This document shows positions 9,240-16,601 of a DNA stretch of 32,000 nt, one piece after another. The notes below the pieces were generated by a model. It saw only the letters and a program-made list of their open reading frames with translations, had not been told where the DNA came from and did not search any database. Positions within the stretch are counted from its first letter, which is position 1, and the number at the start of each line of letters is the position of its first letter. Origin of the DNA: Candidatus Harpocratesius repetitus (GTDB lineage: Archaea > Asgardarchaeota > Lokiarchaeia > Sigyniarchaeales > Promethearchaeaceae); assembly GCA_021498095.1 (NCBI GenBank), contig JAIZWK010000001.1:330001-362000 (forward strand). The letters run 5' to 3'. The position numbers and the translations under genes are program-made.

Positions 9240-9251
9240 TTGAAAATTCAC

Positions 9252-9980
9252 CTAACAGCAAGAAGCGGCTAAATTCCTTGTCAACTTGCTCAATACCCTT
9301 TCCGAATCCCTCCTAACATACCTCTCGATAATGGAATCAATTCTCTCCCGCTCTTTCTCCTCTCTATCATAACCTTTCGCCTGAAGCGCCCGCAACTGAT
9401 ACAATTTGCCCGAAAACGATGCAATCAGCGCCATCAAATCCGTCACAAGCAGCTCCTCCAAAGAAGTGTTCAATCCACGCTCCACCTCGATAATCGGCAC
9501 ATCGCAAATCCCGCAAACATATTCCAGAAACGGAAATCCGAATCTTGTGAGCCGATCCTTGTAAGCAATCAGCACCCGTGCCACCTTCCTCTGCTCAATT
9601 TGCTTCAGCAGCCGCCACAACCCTCTGCGCATCGGATTCAGGCCTGAACCGTATTCTTTAATTACTTTGGCAGGTGATTCATCAGCAAAATGCTCTTTGT
9701 GATATTTTTTCAATCGTTCGACCTGTCTGTCAAGATTTCCATCCTTTTTCTGTTTGGCGGATGAGACTCTGGCATAAATATAGGTCGATTTTACCGTTTC
9801 CTCCGCTTGTTGGCATGGTAGATTAACCGATTCGGGCAGAAAATCCGCCAACTGTTCCCATGAGTATCGGCGGTGATTTCCAAATGTCCTTTTAGGAACG
9901 AGGTGTCCTTTTTTATCCCATCTGCGCAGAGTTGCGGGAGTAACTCCAAGAAGGCGTGTAGTTTCGGAGATGGTCAGCAT
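9252..9980 (-). CDS. tnpA: IS607-family transposase TnpA (MerR-type HTH plus serine recombinase)
   Basis: N-terminal TISETTRLLGVTPATLRRWD...GNHRRY; catalytic YARVSS...LDRQ; DRLTRFG; DLMALIASFSGKLY. Confidence 0.92.
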   Translation of the reverse strand: MLTISETTRLLGVTPATLRRWDKKGHLVPKRTFGNHRRYSWEQLADFLPESVNLPCQQAEETVKSTYIYARVSSAKQKKDGNLDRQVERLKKYHKEHFADESPAKVIKEYGSGLNPMRRGLWRLLKQIEQRKVARVLIAYKDRLTRFGFPFLEYVCGICDVPIIEVERGLNTSLEELLVTDLMALIASFSGKLYQLRALQAKGYDREEKERERIDSIIERYVRRDSERVLSKLTRNLAASCC

Positions 9981-10040
9981 AGAATTAAATTTGGGGAAGA
10001 TATATATAAATTAGGCGATCAATGATCAAGTTTGATCAAA
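9252..10040 (-). mobile_element. IS607-like element lacking tnpB; ends not resolved
   Basis: tnpA with conspicuously GC-rich codons; GATCAA three times at 10017-10039 upstream of the gene may be a left end. Confidence 0.5.
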
Positions 10041-10196
10041 AACTTTTTTGCTGTTGATAAGTTTTAAATCAAAAAATAGAGGCAATGAAACACATTTTAA
10101 TAAAAAAATAAAAATTCAATGTTTCACTAATAAATTTAAGCTCATACTAGAGTAAAGTTCTACTAATACAAGTAGAACTCATTTGGTGTAAAGCAT

Positions 10197-11168
10197 ATGG
10201 CAGATGAAGAAATTAAGGTAATTGATGTGGATACCGAAACTGATGAAGAAAAAGAGAAAAAAGCAGCTTTGGAAGCCCGTAAAAAAGAGTTAGCGAACCA
10301 AACAGTTCAAAAGGGAGATATGGTATACGTTGATATATTAGGAAAAACCATTGAAGAAGATGAAAAACGAAATATGGTTTTTCAAGCAAGCAATCCAGAA
10401 GATGCAAAATTATTACCAAATTACGATCCTCAAAAAGCAGAGCAATATACTAATGAATTGGCAATAATTGGCGAAAAGGGATTTCTATTAGATAAAATCG
10501 ATGAAGCAATTGTAGAAGGAATAAAATTCTTTGAAGAAAAAGTGATTCAACTTGAGCCTGAAGAAGCATTTGGTGTGAGAGAAGGAAAGAAGATAGAAAA
10601 AGTCAATCAAAAGCAATTCATTAAAGATATGAACGGGGAAAAACCTTACCCAGGTGCAACTTACCATGACAAAAAGGGACGTACTGGAACAGTTCTTCGA
10701 GCAAATCAAGGTAGACTAATTGTCGATTTTAATCATCCTTTAGCGGGAAAAAAGATTGAATATCGCATAAAAGTGACTGAAAAAGTTGAAGGATTTGAGA
10801 ATAAAATAAAAGCTCTTTTAGTACGTCGATTAGGCGGTATGGAATCACTTAAAGATGAGTTTAAACTCAATCTTGATGAAGATACAAAAACATTAGAGAT
10901 CGAAATCCCTCAAATGCTCATGTTTCAATTAGCTCAACAACAAGGTGGAATTTATTTCAAGATGGGTGTTGCGATGGATATTCATGAATACTTTAAAAAT
11001 ATTGATACAGTAAAATTCAGTGATGTTTTTCCACGGACTCCAGCACCTACTCCAACATCTGAAGAACACACACATTCCCATGAACACGAACATACTCATG
11101 AACATGAACATACTCATGAAAATGAAAATAATAAAGAAAAACAAGAAGAAAAGGAACCAACTGAATAA
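10197..11168 (+). CDS. slyD: Long-type archaeal FKBP peptidyl-prolyl isomerase (SlyD/FKBP26-like) with a His-rich tail
   Basis: KGDMVYVDILGK, QLEPEEAFG, VDFNHPLAGKKIEYRIKV motifs; C-terminal (HX)9 tail. Confidence 0.92.
   Translation: MADEEIKVIDVDTETDEEKEKKAALEARKKELANQTVQKGDMVYVDILGKTIEEDEKRNMVFQASNPEDAKLLPNYDPQKAEQYTNELAIIGEKGFLLDKIDEAIVEGIKFFEEKVIQLEPEEAFGVREGKKIEKVNQKQFIKDMNGEKPYPGATYHDKKGRTGTVLRANQGRLIVDFNHPLAGKKIEYRIKVTEKVEGFENKIKALLVRRLGGMESLKDEFKLNLDEDTKTLEIEIPQMLMFQLAQQQGGIYFKMGVAMDIHEYFKNIDTVKFSDVFPRTPAPTPTSEEHTHSHEHEHTHEHEHTHENENNKEKQEEKEPTE
11079..11129 (+). repeat. 18-bp in-frame repeat encoding HEHEHT
   Basis: CATGAACACGAACATACT / CATGAACATGAACATACT / CATGAAAATGAAAAT. Confidence 0.85.
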
Positions 11169-11330
11169 AAAATAGTAAAAATTGTGCCAATTCTATTTTA
11201 AAAAGCACCATTTTCTTTATCTACCTTTTTTCAATTCTTTTTCATTCGATTCTCTTCTAATCGTGCGGATATTAACTTATTCAGAAAAAATAAGGATTAA
11301 CTGATATATCTATCGAAGATTTTTTTTATT

Positions 11331-12440
11331 ATGTTTGAATATCCCCCAAATATGGCTCAAAGTTGCGCAGAACTATATAAATTAAACCCAGCAAAATATC
11401 AAAGATTTCCTGAAGAAAATAATTGCTTTATGCGAGCATTATATGATTTGAAATTTCCTTCATTTGGATTAGATTTGGTTTCAAATATGACAAAATTAGT
11501 TGATTCAGGAGAACCTGGTTATTCACGATTAGATCTTGCACTTTATGCAGCCAGTTGGACAATTGATCAACATATGCCTTTTGCATCTAAATGGAATCCA
11601 AAACCATCAGATAATGATTATATTCCAAAAGAAGTGGTTCTTCGCCCACCAGATCCAATCCCACCCAATGAACTTACAAAATATGTTAAAAGAGCTGCAA
11701 AATTTTTCGGAGCGTGCGATGTGGGAATTACAAAGATAGATTATAATTGGATATTGAAAAATACAGCCAAAGTTGCAGGAACTAGCAATATCGATGGGAA
11801 GCAAATTGCAAAGATAAAAAAGTCACCAATTGAATTACCATCTGATGTTACAAATGCAATAATAATTGCAATTGAGATGGATCCTTCAGGAATTCAATGT
11901 GCGCCTAAATTTTTAGAAACGGCTTCAGTCGGGTGGGGTTATTCGCAAATGACTGCGATCAGTGTGACTATCGCACAGTTCATCCGAAATCTTGGTTATT
12001 TTGCAATTCCTTCTACTAATGATACAGGATTATCCATTCCTCTAGCAATTGATGCAGGTTTAGGAGCTCAAGGAAGAAATGGGTTACTAATAACTAAGAA
12101 ATGGGGACCGCGAGTTCGCTTGTGTAAAGTCTTTACGAATATGCCGCTAATTTATGATTCTCCAGATGTTGCGTTTCTAAAAAAAATTAACGCATACTGC
12201 AAAAGATGTCGACGATGTGCCGAAGCATGTGAAGCTGAAGCAATTTCATTTGATGATGAGCCATCAACTCAACCAAAATGCTCTTCTAACAATCCTGGTG
12301 TAAAAAAATGGTATGTAAATACTAATGCTTGTTATGGAATTTGGGTAAAACATTCCACCGATTGCGGTAACTGTATTCAGGTATGCCCCTTTTCAAAAAC
12401 CCCAGAAAAAATTAGTTCAGAAGATTTTTGGAATCTTTAA
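11331..12440 (+). CDS. rdhA: Reductive dehalogenase-like cobalamin / 2x[4Fe-4S] enzyme (RdhA family, no TAT signal)
   Basis: AGLGAQGRNGLLITKKWGPRVRLCKVFTNMPL; CKRCRRCAEACEA and C...DCGNCIQVCPF Fe-S motifs; no RRxFLK signal and no adjacent rdhB. Confidence 0.85.
   Translation: MFEYPPNMAQSCAELYKLNPAKYQRFPEENNCFMRALYDLKFPSFGLDLVSNMTKLVDSGEPGYSRLDLALYAASWTIDQHMPFASKWNPKPSDNDYIPKEVVLRPPDPIPPNELTKYVKRAAKFFGACDVGITKIDYNWILKNTAKVAGTSNIDGKQIAKIKKSPIELPSDVTNAIIIAIEMDPSGIQCAPKFLETASVGWGYSQMTAISVTIAQFIRNLGYFAIPSTNDTGLSIPLAIDAGLGAQGRNGLLITKKWGPRVRLCKVFTNMPLIYDSPDVAFLKKINAYCKRCRRCAEACEAEAISFDDEPSTQPKCSSNNPGVKKWYVNTNACYGIWVKHSTDCGNCIQVCPFSKTPEKISSEDFWNL
12390..12440 (+). repeat. Direct repeat copy 1 (last 51 bp of rdhA)
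   Basis: 48/51 identical to 14019-14069. Confidence 0.95.
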
Positions 12441-12790
12441 TAAACGTATCCGTAGCAAAAATTTTTTTTGATCATATATTATTACATATCATTTGATTTG
12501 TATAGATTTTTATCTTTATTAACCTCATGCTTATTATTTCATAAACTACCGCAATATTCAACGTTACACCTTGAATTTTGCTTGAATTACGACAGTAAAA
12601 ACGGCGACACCTTGTCCAATATTAATATAGTCGTAGTAATTTATATCAAATAATAACTAATCTTCATGATTTTATGCATGTCCTAATAGAAAAATAGTGA
12701 TATCTTAAAAATGACCCCTATTTGATAGGTAATTGCTTTTAGAATAACTTAATTTGAATGAATTTATATAATAACTATAGTGAGTATATA

Positions 12791-13018
12791 ATGTCTGATA
12801 AAACCACGATACAAATTAAAAAAACATCTTTGGAATTGCTTAAGCAACAAAAATCTCATCCTCGGGAAACTTATGATGAAGTAATTCGCCATTTAATTGC
12901 ATTTTATACAAATTCAAAAAAAAATAACCAATATGATGAATTTCTGCATAAAATCCAGCAGATGAAAATGAAAGAACTTTGGGATAATGATGAGGATGCC
13001 GCGTGGGAAAACTACTAA
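12791..13018 (+). CDS. Antitoxin (archaeal RHH-like N-terminus, acidic LWDNxED-type tail)
   Basis: TTIQIKKTSLELLKQQK...ETYDEVIRHL; MKELWDNDEDAAWENY; overlaps the toxin start. ATG 12791 preferred over the track start 12758. Confidence 0.7.
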   Translation: MSDKTTIQIKKTSLELLKQQKSHPRETYDEVIRHLIAFYTNSKKNNQYDEFLHKIQQMKMKELWDNDEDAAWENY

Positions 13019-13400
13019 AAAAAAAAGAAGTGATAACGATTCATTTTGCTCTGGGGATGTCATTTTAGCAACAATCCAATTTACAGATACCGCTGAAATA
13101 AAAATTCGACCTGCAGTTGTTCTTTTTGGAGAATTTGATAATTTAGTTATCGCTGGAATAACAAGTAATACAAATATGGAGGGGATTCCCTTGAGTATTG
13201 AAGAGGGTGCAATTAAACCAAGCGTTATTAAATTAAACTATATTTTTACTATTTCTACTATTATGGTACGGCGGAAGCTCTTTTCTCTTTCACGATCAAA
13301 AAAATTACAGATTTATAATGCCTTGCTTGAGAAACTTTCATCACTTTCACAAGTAAAAAAAAAGCAGATCTTAGTTAACAAGGAAGATATGGAAATCTAA
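12987..13400 (+). CDS. MazF/PemK-family endoribonuclease toxin
   Basis: GDVILATIQFTD...KIRPAVVL...VIAGITS...KPSVIKLNYIFTI matches the PemK pattern; start could be 12987, 12990 or 12996. Confidence 0.8.
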   Translation: MMRMPRGKTTKKKRSDNDSFCSGDVILATIQFTDTAEIKIRPAVVLFGEFDNLVIAGITSNTNMEGIPLSIEEGAIKPSVIKLNYIFTISTIMVRRKLFSLSRSKKLQIYNALLEKLSSLSQVKKKQILVNKEDMEI

Positions 13401-13661
13401 TTACACCACATTTTGGCGCTAGACAAAGATTGGAACCTATTTTTATCCAAGATAAGATTTTTGATAATACTGATTTTTGATTATACTGATGATGAAGAGC
13501 AAAATTGGATTGAGAATTATTGCGAAACTTGTGGATTATGCCAAAAATCCTGTTCTGCTCAAGTGATATATTCTCAAAAAATTGTTAAAATAGAGAATGT
13601 TGCTGGAATTGGATCTATACAAACTTGCGTTGATCATGATAAATATTTTCCATATGTGTAA
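13364..13661 (+). pseudogene. Decayed RdhA/QueG-family cobalamin-Fe-S gene fragment
   Basis: The frame from 13364 reads ADLS*QGRYGNLITPHFGARQRL (cf. AGLGAQGRNGLLITKKWGPRVRL in rdhA), stops at 13478, then shifts at a T run into YCETCGLCQKSCSAQ with eroded Cys/Pro positions. Confidence 0.75.
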
Positions 13662-13930
13662 GCATTATTGACCGTCTCGATGATTGCGGAAATTATTATC
13701 CGTCACATCTTGATGGAGTTCTTTCTTTCGGGGCTGTAGATTACAACCATAAACAATTGTATTCCAACGACTATCATGCATCAAATTACGGCAAAGATAT
13801 TTTTACCACAACGTACACTAATGACAAATACAGCACTTTTACGGATAAAAGTTATACTCATGACTTTGGAGAACGCGTGGGAATGATGGCGACTCCAATC
13901 CCAAAGATTGGGACTCGAAAGCATCCGTAG
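13643..13930 (+). pseudogene. Possible subtilase (S8)-like fragment without a start codon
   Basis: Open frame reads ...GNYYPSHLDGVLSFGAVD...SNYGKDIF...GMMATP, resembling subtilase YPA..V..VGAVD...SNYG...GTSMATP with the catalytic Ser motif degenerate. Confidence 0.4.
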
Positions 13931-14018
13931 GAATGTACCGAAACCTTTAACCCTCGATTGGTGTAGGGCGACCTAGTAAAATTCAAAGGCTAATTAACAT
14001 GAACTCGGGTTTGAAGCA

Positions 14019-14069
14019 TTTTCAAAAACTCCAGAGAAAATTACTTCAGAAGATTTTTGGAATCTTTAA
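14019..14069 (+). repeat. Direct repeat copy 2 (rdhA 3' end variant, FSKTPEKITSEDFWNL*)
   Basis: 48/51 identical to 12390-12440; two differences are synonymous and one is S to T. Confidence 0.95.
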
Positions 14070-14486
14070 GAAAATTAAAAAGATATTTCTATTTTGTGAT
14101 TTATTATATTGTAAACAAAAAGAATAAAAATGTAATGGGATGGTCTTTTTTTGTTATACTTTTAAAATATTATTTAAATTTTAGAAAATACATCTAAAAA
14201 TATGAATTTTACCTCGATCTAGCGAAAAATACCACATCTAATTGTAATTGGATTTAGAATAAAAAGCCTCCATAACATTTTTAAGTATAATAAAGAATAG
14301 ATTTCTTACATAATCAATTTCAGCAATCAGATTGATTTAGGAAACAAAATATGAAAATAAAGAATTATTTTGGAAAACTAAATAATATTTTTCAAAATTT
14401 TCAAGGTGATTTTGCTTCCCAATCATACCTTACACAAGTTTCATGATTGTTAAAACTTTATTGAATAATATAAAGAAGGAAGAATT

Positions 14487-14864
14487 TTGAGCCGCTTAGA
14501 AGAAGCTAAAAAAATTTTAGAAGAACTGCATGATCGAGCCCCTGATCTTGAAGAATTGGCTTTAGCACGAACAAATGGATTGATCATTGTTTCTTTGCGA
14601 AAATCTATAAATCAAGATAAAAAATCAGAACGGTTACTCGGTGCAATGGCATCTGCATTATTTAGTATATCAAAACGTGCAGCTGGAGAATTATTAAAAG
14701 GAAATTTCCAATCGATTAATGTTGAAATCGATAAAGGCAATATCTTTCTTATCTTTACAGGAAAAGTTATTTTAATAACGCTCACAAAACCAGAACCAAA
14801 TTTAGGATTAATTAGCTTAGAATTAGAAGATGCCGCTAAGAAATTAAATAAGATATTTTCATGA
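14487..14864 (+). CDS. Roadblock/LC7 (MglB-like) domain protein
   Basis: LALARTNGLIIVS...LLGAMASALFSISKRAAGEL..G.FQSINVEIDKGNIFL is a classic roadblock pattern. Confidence 0.9.
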   Translation: MSRLEEAKKILEELHDRAPDLEELALARTNGLIIVSLRKSINQDKKSERLLGAMASALFSISKRAAGELLKGNFQSINVEIDKGNIFLIFTGKVILITLTKPEPNLGLISLELEDAAKKLNKIFS

Positions 14865-14867
14865 GAT

Positions 14868-14873
14868 AGGTGA
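14868..14873 (+). promoter_or_regulatory. Shine-Dalgarno AGGTGA for the TTG start at 14880
   Basis: AGGTGA lies 6 nt before TTG. Confidence 0.6.
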
Positions 14874-14879
14874 TTTAAA

Positions 14880-15350
14880 TTGAGTAGAAAAAATAATCGA
14901 TTAAATCAATTAAAGTTCATCAGCAATATATTTCAAATGAGTTTGAAAGAAATAAAAGACACATTAGGATTTGAGACTTTAACAATGATTTTCCGTCGTG
15001 TTGGAGAAGCAGCTGCAGATTTAATGGTTCCAAAATTGGAAGGAAAATATTCAACAATGGATGAATTCGCAAATTTATTAATAACTTATATTGTTGAGCC
15101 TATTTTAGGACCAAATCAAGGAAAAATTCAAATTAATGAGAATAAAATTGATATCCAGCTGAATGCATGCCCTTACAAAAGAGCAGGGCATTTTCCAATT
15201 CAAGATATGGACTTTTTCTGCCATTATACAGAGGGTCTTTTTGATCAGGCATTTAAGCTGGCTTTTCCAGATAAAAATTTTGATATGGAAGCCAAAGAAC
15301 TTATAGCAAAAGGATGCAAACACTGCATCTTTGAAGCAGAATTTATTTAA
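14880..15350 (+). CDS. V4R / H-NOX-Bet3-like fold protein (methanogen output domain-like)
   Basis: IFRRVGEAAA...IQLNACPY...FFCHYTEGLFDQAF...LIAKGCKHCIFE with the V4R Cys pattern. Confidence 0.75.
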   Translation: MSRKNNRLNQLKFISNIFQMSLKEIKDTLGFETLTMIFRRVGEAAADLMVPKLEGKYSTMDEFANLLITYIVEPILGPNQGKIQINENKIDIQLNACPYKRAGHFPIQDMDFFCHYTEGLFDQAFKLAFPDKNFDMEAKELIAKGCKHCIFEAEFI

Positions 15351-15393
15351 AATTGAAATACAATTCTTTTTTTATTATAGTGAGGCAATTTTC

Positions 15394-15843
15394 ATGGGAA
15401 TTCTTTCAAGACTATTTCCAAAACAAGAACAAGAAGCGTTAAAGCGCTTGGAACAACAATTTGAAGATACATTAAATAAATCTAAGTCAAAATTTATTTG
15501 TTTAGTGGGAATTAAAGGTAAGATTAAAGGATTAGACATAATATATGTAAATGAATCAAAAATTGACTTTGATAAAAAAGAGATGCAGAAGATAAATGGC
15601 AGACTAGTAGAATTATATTTAAGATACCAAAGTTTAGCTTTTAGCCGCAATGAGGATTCATCTCCATTACAAACAATAATTTATTATTTTAATAAAAATG
15701 ATCAGATTTGTATTTTTTTAATCGAAGGTAATGATAAATTTATTATAACGGCTCAAACATCGAATCCTTCGAAGATTCTAAAGGATCTTATAAAGATTCG
15801 TATTGAATTATTCAAATTACGATTAGAGCGAGAGGGTTTTTGA
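15394..15843 (+). CDS. Divergent roadblock/profilin-like fold protein
   Basis: ATG 15394 follows GTGAGG; helix, FICLVG strand, helix, three strands, helix topology. The fold call is inferred. Confidence 0.6.
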   Translation: MGILSRLFPKQEQEALKRLEQQFEDTLNKSKSKFICLVGIKGKIKGLDIIYVNESKIDFDKKEMQKINGRLVELYLRYQSLAFSRNEDSSPLQTIIYYFNKNDQICIFLIEGNDKFIITAQTSNPSKILKDLIKIRIELFKLRLEREGF

Positions 15844-16601
15844 TGAAAAACTATTGTTTATATATTGTCCAAACTTCAGGAGTACCTATTTATTATCAGA
15901 ATTTTTCTGAGGAATTTCAAAACTCAGAATATCCTCTAGTTACATCTTTTTTTGGAGCAATAATGCAATTTTCGCAGCAGGTGATTAAAGAACAATTAAA
16001 TATTATTGAAATTGGCAAATATCGTATTTTTTTCCGATATCAACAAGATTTAATTTTTATTATTATCACAGAAAATACATCTTCTATTTTATTGATAAAT
16101 GAACGGTTAGATCGAATTGTATTAACACTTTATAATTATATCAATGTTGAAAAAGTAATAGAATCAAAGCAAATGCTTGAAAATCCAGAAATATCGGAGA
16201 AATTTTATAAAATAATGCACCTGCAAGATGATTATTCCGATTTAAAGACAGAAGTTATAAAAAATCTAGTTGAAAGTGAAATTGCATCAGGAGATGTGGA
16301 AGCGGGTGCATTATTATCACTAAAAGGTGAGATATTCTATTCATCATTACCTTTAGAAGAACTTCATATTGCATTACGAGAAATAGAAATTAGAACAATG
16401 GTTGGTTCACAAGATATTATTCATGGTGAGAAATTTATACGACAAAATGAAAATAATGCTATTTTTTCGAAAACTATTTTCATTCCTGCACTTTCAAGAC
16501 AAGTGTATATTGTTCTACTTTTTGATAATAGAGTTAATTTAGGGATGGCTGATTTCTTGTTAGATGAAATCTGTCAAAAATTAGAAAAAATTGATTTATA
16601 A
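15840..16601 (+). CDS. Longin plus roadblock-like two-domain protein
   Basis: N-terminal LYIVQTSGVPIYY...LVTSFFGAIMQFSQQV...IIEIGKYRIFF (longin); C-terminal VEAGALLSLKGEIFYSSLP (roadblock-like); 4-bp overlap with the upstream gene. Confidence 0.7.
   Translation: MMKNYCLYIVQTSGVPIYYQNFSEEFQNSEYPLVTSFFGAIMQFSQQVIKEQLNIIEIGKYRIFFRYQQDLIFIIITENTSSILLINERLDRIVLTLYNYINVEKVIESKQMLENPEISEKFYKIMHLQDDYSDLKTEVIKNLVESEIASGDVEAGALLSLKGEIFYSSLPLEELHIALREIEIRTMVGSQDIIHGEKFIRQNENNAIFSKTIFIPALSRQVYIVLLFDNRVNLGMADFLLDEICQKLEKIDL

Noticed and set aside
8815-9251. tnpB or omegaRNA downstream of IS607 tnpA
   Set aside because: No RuvC or Zn-finger motifs; the downstream ORF is only 107 aa and follows a T12 tract.
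12468-12653. 61-aa ORF after rdhA as a possible rdhB anchor
   Set aside because: No clean two- or three-TM pattern, weak start context, AT-rich intergenic character.
13413-13661. 82-aa ORF as an intact ferredoxin
   Set aside because: Its first ~22 codons are the wrong frame of an Rdh/QueG pseudogene, and the Fe-S motifs are eroded.
13931-14000. Possible cobalamin riboswitch or intron-like RNA (short CCTTT/AAAGG and CCCT/AGGG pairings)
   Set aside because: Lacks B12-box and group II domain V consensus; the stems are too short to call.
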